64,000 bases of DNA from an uncultured Elusimicrobia bacterium. GTDB taxonomy: Bacteria; Elusimicrobiota; Elusimicrobia; UBA1565; UBA9628. Positions 10,163 to 19,395 of the stretch are shown here, one piece after another (the stretch's first letter is position 1; every line of letters starts with the position of its first letter). The stretch is taken from contig CAIKVT010000024.1 in NCBI GenBank assembly GCA_903830945.1, positions 11,804 through 75,803 on the forward strand, given 5' to 3'. The notes beneath the pieces are model-generated. The model saw only the letters and a program-made list of their open reading frames with translations, ran no database searches and had not been told where the DNA came from. Both the position numbers and the translations under genes were made by a program.

Positions 10163-10192
10163 TTGACGTCTGACACCGCACTTAGATACCAT
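10163..10192 (+). promoter_or_regulatory. sigma70-type promoter of aspS (leaderless geometry)
   Basis: TTGACG-N18-TACCAT-N6-ATG. Confidence 0.65.
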
Positions 10193-10198
10193 CATCGC

Positions 10199-12034
10199 AT
10201 GGACCTCGAGCTCCTGCGACGCACCTCGGTCTTTAACGCCCCGCCCACGGCCCTGCGCACCCATGGCTGCGGCGGACTCAATGCCGAGCACGCCGGAGAG
10301 ACCGTGCGGCTGGCCGGCTGGGTGAACTCCCGGCGCGATCACGGGGGAGTCTATTTCCTAGACCTGCGCGACCGCTCGGGCGTGGTCCAGGTCGTGGTCA
10401 ACCCCGAGGAAGTCGAAGCCTTCCTGGCCGCGGGCAAGCTCGGCAGCGAACACGTCATCGGCGTGGAGGGGACGGTCCGCTTGCGGCCGGAAGGCATGAA
10501 GAACCCCAAGCTCCCCACCGGCGAGGTCGAAGTCAAAGCCCAGGCTCTCAAGGTCCTCAACACATCCAAGACCCTGCCCTTCGAGGTGGACGAGCGCACC
10601 ACGGCTCTCGAAGAGACACGGCTCAAGTACCGATTCCTCGACCTGCGTCGCCCGCCCATGCTGGAGAGCCTGGTCCTGCGCCACCGCGTCAGCCAGGCCG
10701 TGCGCCGGGCCTTGGATGGCGAAGGCTTCCTGGAGATCGAGACCCCGATCTTGACCAAGGCCACTCCGGAGGGCGCCCGCGACTTCATCGTGCCTGCCCG
10801 TCTGAATCCCGGCAACTTCTACGCCCTGCCCCAGTCGCCCCAGATCTTCAAGCAGATCCTCATGGTGAGCGGAGTGGACCGCTATTTTCAGTTAGCGCGG
10901 GCCTTCCGCGACGAGGACCTGCGCTCGGACCGCCAGCCCGAGCACACGCAGATCGACCTCGAGATGTCCTTTGTCGATGAATCCGACGTGCATTCCCTGA
11001 CGGAGCGGATGCTCAAGACCGTATTCCTGGAGACCATGGGATCGGAACTCGAGACCCCGTTCCCCAGGCTCGAATACGCCGATGCCATGCAGCGCTACGG
11101 CTCAGACAAGCCGGACCTGCGCTACGGCCTTGCCATCGAGGACTGCACCGAGCTCTTCAAGGACTCGGGCTTCAAGGTCTTCGGCGAAGCCGCCCGCAAC
11201 GGCGGAGTGGTGCGCGCGCTCTCCGTGGCCCGCGAGTTCTCTCGGGCCGATATCGACAAGCTCACCGACCTGGTCAAGAAGGGCGGGGCCAAGGGCCTGG
11301 CCTGGCTCAAGTGGGACGGCTCGGCCTTCAGCGCGCCCATCGTCAAGTTCCTGGAGCCGGAAAAGCTTTCGGCCTTGAAGGAGCGCTTTCAACCAAAGCC
11401 CGGGCATCACCTGTTCTTCGCCGCGGACAAGGCGCCGGCCGCGGCCCTGTGCCTGGGCACCCTGCGCAAGGAGCTCATCACGCGCCTCAAGCTGCCACCG
11501 AGCCGGCCCTGGCATTTCTCCTGGGTGACGCGCTTCCCTCTGCTGGAGTGGGCGACCGAGGAGAACCGCTGGACATTCACCCACAATCCGTTCACCTCGC
11601 CCCTGGAAAGCGACCTGCCCAAGCTGGACAGCGACCCGGGCGCCGTCCTTTCGCACCAATACGATCTCGTCTTGAACGGGGTGGAGATCGCCTCCGGCTC
11701 GATGCGCAACCATCGCGCCGAGGTCCAGCGCAAGATCCTGTCGCTGATGGGATTCTCCACGGAGGCGCAGGAGGCGCAGTTCGGGCTCCTGCTCAACGCT
11801 CTCGATTTCGGCGCGCCGCCGCACGGCGGCGTCGCCCTGGGCCTCGATAGGCTGGTGGCGCTCATGCGGGGGGTCGACTCCATCCGCGAAGTCATCGCCT
11901 TCCCCAAGACGGCGAAGGGGACCTGCCTCTTGAGCGACGCGCCCGGTCCGGTGGACGCCAATCTCCTCAAAGAGCTGCACATCAAGCTCGACGTGCCGCC
12001 CACGATGCGCGCTCCGGATCAGACCGCGGCCTAA
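10199..12034 (+). CDS. aspS: Aspartate--tRNA ligase, probably non-discriminating
   Basis: RRDHGG and RPEG (His/Gly signature of ND-AspRS), FYALPQSPQ, FRDEDLR, GAPPHGG, GLDR. Confidence 0.97.
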   Translation: MDLELLRRTSVFNAPPTALRTHGCGGLNAEHAGETVRLAGWVNSRRDHGGVYFLDLRDRSGVVQVVVNPEEVEAFLAAGKLGSEHVIGVEGTVRLRPEGMKNPKLPTGEVEVKAQALKVLNTSKTLPFEVDERTTALEETRLKYRFLDLRRPPMLESLVLRHRVSQAVRRALDGEGFLEIETPILTKATPEGARDFIVPARLNPGNFYALPQSPQIFKQILMVSGVDRYFQLARAFRDEDLRSDRQPEHTQIDLEMSFVDESDVHSLTERMLKTVFLETMGSELETPFPRLEYADAMQRYGSDKPDLRYGLAIEDCTELFKDSGFKVFGEAARNGGVVRALSVAREFSRADIDKLTDLVKKGGAKGLAWLKWDGSAFSAPIVKFLEPEKLSALKERFQPKPGHHLFFAADKAPAAALCLGTLRKELITRLKLPPSRPWHFSWVTRFPLLEWATEENRWTFTHNPFTSPLESDLPKLDSDPGAVLSHQYDLVLNGVEIASGSMRNHRAEVQRKILSLMGFSTEAQEAQFGLLLNALDFGAPPHGGVALGLDRLVALMRGVDSIREVIAFPKTAKGTCLLSDAPGPVDANLLKELHIKLDVPPTMRAPDQTAA

Positions 12035-12038
12035 AGCC

Positions 12039-13463
12039 GTGGCTCGGCCAAAACGATCGGCCATCTGGCTACTATCGGCCCTGCTGGTCCTCGGTCTAGG
12101 CTGGCTGGCGATATGGGGCCGCCGACATCGTGTTCCCGTCGCCCTGAACACCAGCGCAATTCCTGAGGGCGTTCGGAACGCGGCTGCCAAACGCGCCCCC
12201 ATCCCGCCGGCTGGATCGGCGCTGGCCCCCGCAAGGCCGAATATCGCTGCCCGGCCGACGATCCCGCTGCACAAGGAACTCATCCCGAAAGACATCGAGA
12301 TCGTGCGCTGCTACTATGCCCAGACGGTCGTTGCGCCGGGCACGACTTTCGGCTTCGACATCAACGGCTCCGGCTTCACCGAGGAGTTCCAGAAAATGAT
12401 CAAGGTGGAGCTGGAGAACGCCCCTATCCGGGCCAAGAACCTGCGGCTGGTCACCGCCAACCAGATACACGGCGACATGGAAGTCGATTCCGACGCCCCG
12501 ACCGCGCTGGTCTATCCCCGCGTCCTCATCAAGGGTCTGCCGGTATTCACCGCCCCGGACCCTTTCGGGGTCGTGCGCAAAGGCGACGTCCTGACCATCA
12601 TCTTCACCGCCGAGTCGGAGAGCGGCAGCGCCGGCCGCTTCCAAGTCATCACCAATCTCGACGAGGGGCTCTTCCGAGAGTTCCGCATAGAGCCCAGCAC
12701 TCCCGGGCTGCGGATCGTCGATCTCGCGCCGCATCTGCCCTTCATCATCGAAGGGACGCTGCTCATGACGCAGTCCCTGGCGAGCGGCGGCTACGGCCTG
12801 GCGATCAAGATCGGCGCGCGGAAAGTTTTCCAGCGTGACGGCCTGATCCAGATCGTGCAGCCAAACGTGGGTCCCAGCGGCTTCGTGCAGGGGATCCGCG
12901 CGGAGGAGCCGTATCACCGCCCGGGAGACGACATCACGGTCTCCCTGGAGGGCGTCAGCTTGAGCCCCCGGGATGCCGAGCTGATCCAGGCCATCGTAGA
13001 CGGCTTCGACATGGGCCCAAGCTCCATCACCTACATCTCGGGAAACCGCTTGCGGGTGTCGTTCCACTGCCCCCGGACGGCTCCCGAGGGCTCCTACGGC
13101 GTGACGGCCAAGCGCGTCGACGGCCGGATGCTCTATCAGCGCCCGGACGTCTTTTGGATCGTGCCGCCGGACTGGATCGCCGGCGTGCAAGCCGCCTCGG
13201 CCTTGCAACCCGGCGCCAGAGGCGGCTTGCGCATTCTGGGACGGGATTTCTCCGCCGATTTTGAAAAGCTGCTCACGATTGCAGTCGATGAGCCGGGTAT
13301 CGGCATCTCAGGACTCCGGCGGCTCGACGACCGGTCCCTGGCGGCCGACATCTCCATCAGCTCGACAGTGTCCGCCGGGGACTACTGGCTGCACTTGAGC
13401 GCTCGCGGCCGGAAGATCGACCCACCCCACGGAAGCATCATCAAGGTCGAAAAAGAGCCTTAA
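12039..13463 (+). CDS. Membrane-anchored hypothetical protein with about four Ig-like (IPT/TIG-type) repeats
   Basis: N-terminal TM, Pro/Ala linker, repeated units with PG..G.(G/D)F and AP.G.Y motifs. Confidence 0.6.
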   Translation: MARPKRSAIWLLSALLVLGLGWLAIWGRRHRVPVALNTSAIPEGVRNAAAKRAPIPPAGSALAPARPNIAARPTIPLHKELIPKDIEIVRCYYAQTVVAPGTTFGFDINGSGFTEEFQKMIKVELENAPIRAKNLRLVTANQIHGDMEVDSDAPTALVYPRVLIKGLPVFTAPDPFGVVRKGDVLTIIFTAESESGSAGRFQVITNLDEGLFREFRIEPSTPGLRIVDLAPHLPFIIEGTLLMTQSLASGGYGLAIKIGARKVFQRDGLIQIVQPNVGPSGFVQGIRAEEPYHRPGDDITVSLEGVSLSPRDAELIQAIVDGFDMGPSSITYISGNRLRVSFHCPRTAPEGSYGVTAKRVDGRMLYQRPDVFWIVPPDWIAGVQAASALQPGARGGLRILGRDFSADFEKLLTIAVDEPGIGISGLRRLDDRSLAADISISSTVSAGDYWLHLSARGRKIDPPHGSIIKVEKEP

Positions 13464-13472
13464 GGACGACCC

Positions 13473-13499
13473 GCAGATCCGGCAGATCCGGCAGATTCG
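13473..13499. repeat. 9-bp tandem repeat (GCAGATCCG)x3
   Basis: gcagatccg gcagatccg gcagattcg at the left edge of the lower-GC island. Confidence 0.8.
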
Positions 13500-13557
13500 C
13501 TCCAAAGGAATTTTGGTATTATAATCCTTACTAGGCGTAGGACTTAGCTCCGGGGTA

Positions 13558-14862
13558 TTGCTTACGAAAACGACACTGCTACTGATCGCGGCCGCGGCGC
13601 TGCAGCTTGCCTGCAAAGCCGCAGCGCCTCCTCCCATCAAGGTCGGCGTCCTGCATTCCTTCTCCGGCGTCATGGCCGCCAGCGAGAAACCGGTCGCGGA
13701 CGCCGTCCTCCTAGCCGTGGAAGAGATCAACAAAAGCGGCGGGGTTCTGGGAAGACCGATCGAGCCTGTCGTGGCGGATGGCCGCTCCGATCCCAATGTT
13801 TTTCAGAAAGAAGCCGAGCGGCTCATCACGCAGGAGCATGTCGCGGTCATTTTCGGCTGTTGGACCTCGGCCAGCCGCAAGGCAGTCAAACCGATCGTTG
13901 AAAAATACAATTCACTCCTTTTTTATCCCGTCCAGAATGAAGGGCTGGAACAATCTCCGAACATCATCTATATCGGGGCGTCGCCCAATCAGCAGCTGAT
14001 CCCGGCCGTAGTCTGGGCCAAGGACCATCTGGGCAAGAGATTTTTCTTAGTCGGCTCTGATTATGTTTTTCCCAGAGCGGCCAACGCCATCGCCAAGGAC
14101 GTGCTGCGCTACACCGGAGGCCAAGTCGTAGGCGAATACTATGTTCCGCTGGACGGCAAGGATTTCACGAAGATAGCGGAAGCGATCAAAAAATCAAAAT
14201 CGGACGTAGTTTTAAACACCATCAACGGCGACAGCAATATCTATTTTTTTGAGGCTTTGCATGAAGCCAGACTCCCTTCATCGAAAATAGCGATATTCTC
14301 GCTGAGCCTGGATGAAAATGGGATCGACTCGATCCAGAAGCGCTTCCAGGCCCATCATCCCAAAGAAGCCGCGCATTTTTTCAAGGAGCATCTAGCAGGC
14401 ACTTTCGCCTGCTGGAACTATTTCGAAAGAATCGACAATCCGCTGAATGCGGCCTTCGTTGATAAATTTAAGAAAAAGTACGGCAGGAATTACAGGGTCA
14501 GCGATCCCGCAGAGGCCGCTTACATCGGGGTCAAGCTATGGAGCCAGTCCACCGCCGAATACGGAAGCATCGAGAATCCTGATGAGCTCCTGAACCATCT
14601 AACCCACCTCAGCCTGCCGGCTCCCGAAGGCGTGGTCACCATCGACAAGAACAACCATGCGCGCAGGACAATCCGGATCGGCAGGCTCAACGAGACGGGA
14701 AGTTTTGACATCCTCTGGACTTCCAAGTGGCCAATAACCGCCTCCCCGTATCCTATCTTCAGGACAACGGCCTATTGGAACGACTTACTCAACCGACTTT
14801 ATCAGGGATGGAACGGCCAATGGGCCGCGGCGGCGCAAGGCCGTTCCGGGGATGGACGATGA
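13558..14862 (+). CDS. UrtA/FmdD-like urea/amide ABC substrate-binding lipoprotein (orphan)
   Basis: LQLAC lipobox-like, IKVGVLHSFSG.MA.SE, FGCWTSASRKAV, LFYPVQNEGLE, GASPNQQ, VGSDYVFPR, NTINGDSN. TATAAT at 13520-13525. Confidence 0.88.
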   Translation: MLTKTTLLLIAAAALQLACKAAAPPPIKVGVLHSFSGVMAASEKPVADAVLLAVEEINKSGGVLGRPIEPVVADGRSDPNVFQKEAERLITQEHVAVIFGCWTSASRKAVKPIVEKYNSLLFYPVQNEGLEQSPNIIYIGASPNQQLIPAVVWAKDHLGKRFFLVGSDYVFPRAANAIAKDVLRYTGGQVVGEYYVPLDGKDFTKIAEAIKKSKSDVVLNTINGDSNIYFFEALHEARLPSSKIAIFSLSLDENGIDSIQKRFQAHHPKEAAHFFKEHLAGTFACWNYFERIDNPLNAAFVDKFKKKYGRNYRVSDPAEAAYIGVKLWSQSTAEYGSIENPDELLNHLTHLSLPAPEGVVTIDKNNHARRTIRIGRLNETGSFDILWTSKWPITASPYPIFRTTAYWNDLLNRLYQGWNGQWAAAAQGRSGDGR

Positions 14863-16892
14863 CGTCTATCTGGAGATCGCCGATTTTCCGGAGCCTGTTC
14901 GTGCGCTTTCTCTTGGCCGCGATCATGCCCCTGTTCACCCTAAACGCCATCACCGACCATCTTTTGTCCCGCTCTTTACAAACTCACATCCAGAACAAGC
15001 TCATCGCCATAAGCGACGCCAGGTCGGTCTTTATCGACGCGCAGTTGACCTCCATCGCGGAATTCACCACGGCAAGGGCCATGCTGCCGACGACCATCGC
15101 GGCTTTCAGGGAGTTCGACGCCGCCTTTAAGAAAGCAGGCATCCACAGCGAAGACTATCAGGCCCTCGATTCGCGATACCGGGATTATTTTCAGCAGTAT
15201 CTCGACATCCACGGCTACCTGCATGATCTGCTGTTCATCTCGCGGGCGGGAGACATCATCTTTACCGTTAAGCACGAAAATGATTTGGGAGAGAACATCC
15301 ACGGCGCCCTTCTAAAAAACACTTCCCTCTCTGATCTCGTCGACCAGGTCCAGCACACTTTCAGCGCGGAGATCTCGGATTTAAAATTCTATCCCCCTAC
15401 GCATGCCCCCGCCTTGTTCGTCGCCGCCCCTGTCTTCATCGATGAGAGTCTGTCCGGGACACTGGTCACGCAAGTGAAAAATGAGTTCCTTAATGATTTT
15501 TCCAGGGATTATTCAGGTCTGCCAAAAACAGGAGAGTTCACTTTCGCCGCACAGATCGGAAATAATCCGACTTATACCACGCCATCTCGATTGCAGCCCA
15601 CTGCGCCGTTGAGCCGTCAGGTCCATATCGGCGCACCTATCTCCCTGCCCTCGCAGGCGTGCCTGCGCGGAGAAAGCGGCATCGGGTTGACGCGGGATTA
15701 CAGAGGGGTAACCGTCCTGGCCAGATGGCAGCATATCCCGCGGCTGCGCTGGGGCATGGTCGTCAAGGCGGACGTTGATGAGCTTTTCGCCCCATTGAAA
15801 ATATTAAGAATAAGCATGTGGAGCATCTGCTTGCTCATGAGCGTGACCATCACCACAATCGCGCTGCGCGCGGCCAGGAGCATCGCCGAACCTATCAATG
15901 AATTGAAGCGGGGAATCAAGGCCGTGGGCCGCGGGAATCTTGATTACAGGACAAAGCTGCAATTGGACAATGAGCTAGGCGAGCTATCCATGGCTTTTGA
16001 CAAGATGACGGAGGACATACAAACTCAGATAAAAATCCGCATGGCTCTGGAAAAAGATATTGCCGAACGGATGCGGGTTGAAGAAATTTTGACGCTGCGG
16101 AACAAAGAGTCTAAGGAGACCGAGTCCGCCTTGATGAACATCCTTGAAGACCTCGACAAATCTCAATCGACCCTTCAAAAGAACAATATGACTCTTGTAT
16201 CATTGACGGAGAATCTGACAAGATCGAATCAAGAGCTTGAGGATTTCGCCTATATCGTCTCTCATGACTTAAAAGCGCCTTTGCGCGGCATCTCCTCGCT
16301 GTCCACATGGCTCGCGACCGACTATGCGGACAAACTAGACGACGAGGGCCGGCATCATTTACAGCTTTTGCAGCAGCGCGCGATCAAGATGGACCAGCTG
16401 ATCAACGGGATCCTGCAGTATTCCCAAGTGCAAAGGAAACAGGAAACTCACCTGTCCATGGACCTCGACGGCCTCCTCGACGAGGCGCTTGAGTTGGTGG
16501 CGCCGCCCCCGGGCATCCGGATCATCCGGACCAGCCAACTGCCGCGGGTCAGATGCTCACCGACCCGCATCCAGCAAGTCTTCCAAAACCTCGTGGACAA
16601 TGCCATAAAATACATGGGGAAGGAGACTGGGGAGATCAAGATCAGCTGCCTGGACAAAAATGACCATTGGCAATTTTGCGTGGAAGACAACGGCCAGGGC
16701 ATCGCCGAGAAGCATTTTGATAAAATATTCAAGATCTTCCACACCATCGAGACTCCCGGCCAGAAGCAGAGCACGGGCATCGGGCTGGCGTTGGTGCACA
16801 AAGTGGTCACGCTCCATGGAGGAAAGGTGTGGGTGGAATCGCAGTTGGGAGCCGGAAGCAAGTTCTTCTTCACGCTCCCGAAAACGGCGTAG
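14859..16892 (+). CDS. Membrane sensor histidine kinase (Cache-like periplasmic domain, HAMP, HisKA, HATPase)
   Basis: Two TM helices, HAMP (NELGELSMAFDKM), SHDLKAPL H-box, NLVDNAIK, DNGQGI, TGIGLA. ATGA overlap with the binding-protein gene. Confidence 0.93.
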   Translation: MTSIWRSPIFRSLFVRFLLAAIMPLFTLNAITDHLLSRSLQTHIQNKLIAISDARSVFIDAQLTSIAEFTTARAMLPTTIAAFREFDAAFKKAGIHSEDYQALDSRYRDYFQQYLDIHGYLHDLLFISRAGDIIFTVKHENDLGENIHGALLKNTSLSDLVDQVQHTFSAEISDLKFYPPTHAPALFVAAPVFIDESLSGTLVTQVKNEFLNDFSRDYSGLPKTGEFTFAAQIGNNPTYTTPSRLQPTAPLSRQVHIGAPISLPSQACLRGESGIGLTRDYRGVTVLARWQHIPRLRWGMVVKADVDELFAPLKILRISMWSICLLMSVTITTIALRAARSIAEPINELKRGIKAVGRGNLDYRTKLQLDNELGELSMAFDKMTEDIQTQIKIRMALEKDIAERMRVEEILTLRNKESKETESALMNILEDLDKSQSTLQKNNMTLVSLTENLTRSNQELEDFAYIVSHDLKAPLRGISSLSTWLATDYADKLDDEGRHHLQLLQQRAIKMDQLINGILQYSQVQRKQETHLSMDLDGLLDEALELVAPPPGIRIIRTSQLPRVRCSPTRIQQVFQNLVDNAIKYMGKETGEIKISCLDKNDHWQFCVEDNGQGIAEKHFDKIFKIFHTIETPGQKQSTGIGLALVHKVVTLHGGKVWVESQLGAGSKFFFTLPKTA

Positions 16893-16900
16893 GGACGAAC

Positions 16901-17785
16901 ATGCAGAATGAAACCGGTTTTGCCATCGGGAAGCTCCACGAAGCCCTCCTGGAGGCTTCGCTCGACGGGATACTCTTCGTCGCTGCCGACGGCCGCATCG
17001 TCACGTTCAACAAACGCTTCACGGACATGTGGGGCATCTCACCCGACTTGATACAGAGCCGCAGCGACCAGCGCGCCCTGGATTCGGTGCTCGCCAAATT
17101 GGCCGACCCCGACTCCTTCCTGCGGAAAGTCAAGGACCTGTATGCCAATGCCGTCGAAACAAGCCGCGACGAAATCCTATTGAAGGACGGCCGCGTCTTC
17201 GACCGCTACTCAGCGCCGGTCCCTGTCCCGGGCGGCACGACTGCCGGAAGGATATGGTTCTTCCGCGACATCACCGCGAGCAAGAGACTCGAGACGGAAC
17301 TAAAACGCGCTCTTACGGATTGGGATAGAACCTTTGACAGCATGCCGGATATGGTCTTCATCCAGGATATGGATTTCCGCATCATGAAATGCAACAAAGC
17401 CTTTGCCGACGCGGTGAAGATGAGACCCGAAGAAATCATCGGGAGAAAGTGCTACGAATTATTGCATAAACGTGATTCTCCCTGGCCGGAGTGCCCCTTT
17501 GAAAAAACCAGGAAAGACAGCCTGTGCCACACCCAAGAAGTGAATGACCCCGCCATCGGCCTGCCGCTGCTCGTCACCACTTCGCCCATGCTCGATGACC
17601 AGGGCAAGCTCATCGGCTCCGTGCACATTGCCAAGGATATCAGCGGAATAAAAAAAATCTACATGGATCTGGAGCAGAAAGTCCGCGACTTGCAACAATT
17701 CCAAAAGATCACGCTCGGCAGGGAAACAAAGATGATCGAACTAAAAAAAGAGATCGAGGAGCTTAAAAAAAAGACCGGACCTTGA
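16901..17785 (+). CDS. Tandem-PAS protein with a C-terminal coiled coil and no output domain
   Basis: Two PAS units (ending WFFRDIT and HIAKDIS), KCYELLH..CP, C-terminal GRETKMIELKKEIEEL. Confidence 0.85.
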   Translation: MQNETGFAIGKLHEALLEASLDGILFVAADGRIVTFNKRFTDMWGISPDLIQSRSDQRALDSVLAKLADPDSFLRKVKDLYANAVETSRDEILLKDGRVFDRYSAPVPVPGGTTAGRIWFFRDITASKRLETELKRALTDWDRTFDSMPDMVFIQDMDFRIMKCNKAFADAVKMRPEEIIGRKCYELLHKRDSPWPECPFEKTRKDSLCHTQEVNDPAIGLPLLVTTSPMLDDQGKLIGSVHIAKDISGIKKIYMDLEQKVRDLQQFQKITLGRETKMIELKKEIEELKKKTGP

Positions 17786-17812
17786 GAATCCAAAAAGACA
17801 AAGGGGGAATAG

Positions 17813-18220
17813 ATGACTACAACTCACACAATCCTGCTGGTTGACGACGACGAGGTGGACATCATGGCGGTAAGCCGCGCCCTCAAAGAGCTCAACGTGA
17901 CAAACCCGGTCGCCGTCTGCCGCAACGGCAAGGAAGCTCTGCAATGGCTCAAGACCCATCCCAAGCCCGGGCTGGTCCTTCTGGATCTGAGGATGCCCGT
18001 GATGGACGGCTTGGAATTTTTGGCCAATGCTAAAAACGACCTGAACCTCAAGACAATCCCGGTCGTAGCGCTGACGACCTCGAAGGAGGAATCGGACCGG
18101 ATCCAGGCGTTTAATCTGGGGATCGCCGGCTTCATGGTCAAACCCGTGGACCCCAAGCTCTACCTCTCGGTCATAAAGACCATTTCGATCTATTGGCATA
18201 CGAGCGAACTGCCGTATTAA
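17813..18220 (+). CDS. Single-domain response regulator (Rcp1-like)
   Basis: ILLVDDD, LLDLRMP.MDG, LTTS, KP, ending YW...ELP. Confidence 0.92.
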   Translation: MTTTHTILLVDDDEVDIMAVSRALKELNVTNPVAVCRNGKEALQWLKTHPKPGLVLLDLRMPVMDGLEFLANAKNDLNLKTIPVVALTTSKEESDRIQAFNLGIAGFMVKPVDPKLYLSVIKTISIYWHTSELPY

Positions 18221-18249
18221 AAGAGGACAGCAGCCGTAGGGAGCCTATC

Positions 18250-19395
18250 ATGCAACCGAACGCCGCGCCGGAAAAGAATCCCACAAACCGGATCAATGTA
18301 TTGCTCCTCGAAGACGACGAGGTGGACGCGAAATGGGTGCAGCGCGCGCTGAAGGATTCACCGACATTCCGCTTGACCTCCGTCGGCACCGTGGCCGCAG
18401 CGCTCGAATGCCTAAAATCGAGGGACTTTGACGTTATCCTCAGCGACTTGCACCTCCCGGACGGCTCCGGATTGGATATTTTCAACGCTTTGATAAAACA
18501 AAGCCCACAAGCCCCGGTGGTCTTGCTGACCGGAAGCATCCTGAACGAACATCACGCCATGGAAGCCATCCACCAAGGCGCCCAAGACTATCTGATCAAA
18601 GGACAGGTGGATCAACGCGCCCTGATCCAGGCCTTGAATTACGCCATGGAAAGAAACAAACTTATGCTGATGCGGGATCATTTCGTCCACGTCGTCAGCC
18701 ATGAATTGAAGAACCCGCTCAACGCCCTGCAGCTCTCCATCACCATGGTCAAAGACGGCATAATCGTGGATGCCAAAGAGAAGAAGGAAGCCCTCCAAGT
18801 CGCCCTCAACTCCATCGGCCGACTCGTCAGGACGACCCAGACTCTTTTGGATCTGGCCAGCATGGAATCGCGCAAATATTCTTTTCAGCAAGCGAATTTC
18901 AGCCTCAATGCGCTGATCGAAGAGATGAAGCAATTGTTCCACCGAGAGATCGAGGGCAAGGGCCTGTCTTTAAAGACGATCGTGCCTGATCGTGATGTCG
19001 AGATATTCGCGGACCGCGATCAGCTCGCGCGGGTTTTTACGAACCTCATCCACAACGCGCTGAAATTCACCCAAAAAGGGCAGATCAGCATCCGCGCGGA
19101 TGACCAGGAGGATAGCATCCGCTGCAGCGTGGCCGACACCGGGACAGGGATCGCGCCGGAAGATATACCGAAGCTTTTTCGGAGATTCAGCCGAACGGGA
19201 AAAACGAACACCACGCAGGGGACGGGCCTGGGCCTCTCCATTTGCAGGGAGATCCTGGAGGCGCATCAGGGAAGGATCTGGGCGGAAAGCGCACCCGGCG
19301 CAGGGGCGTGCTTTATCTTCACGATCCCCAAAGCCGCGACGCCGGCCGCTGTCCCCGCGGCCTCGGAAGGATCCACACATGCCCGACCAGCATAA
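18250..19395 (+). CDS. Hybrid receiver-histidine kinase
   Basis: N-terminal REC (LLEDD, SDLHLPD, GAQDYLIK), SHELKNPL, NALKF, DTGTGI, GTGLGL. Confidence 0.92.
   Translation: MQPNAAPEKNPTNRINVLLLEDDEVDAKWVQRALKDSPTFRLTSVGTVAAALECLKSRDFDVILSDLHLPDGSGLDIFNALIKQSPQAPVVLLTGSILNEHHAMEAIHQGAQDYLIKGQVDQRALIQALNYAMERNKLMLMRDHFVHVVSHELKNPLNALQLSITMVKDGIIVDAKEKKEALQVALNSIGRLVRTTQTLLDLASMESRKYSFQQANFSLNALIEEMKQLFHREIEGKGLSLKTIVPDRDVEIFADRDQLARVFTNLIHNALKFTQKGQISIRADDQEDSIRCSVADTGTGIAPEDIPKLFRRFSRTGKTNTTQGTGLGLSICREILEAHQGRIWAESAPGAGACFIFTIPKAATPAAVPAASEGSTHARPA

Noticed and set aside
13473-13499. CRISPR-like repeat
   Set aside because: Only 9-bp units with no spacers; no cas genes.
13558-14862. Urea uptake (urtABCDE) or urease operon
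   Set aside because: Only the binding protein is present; no permease, ABC ATPase or urease genes in the window.
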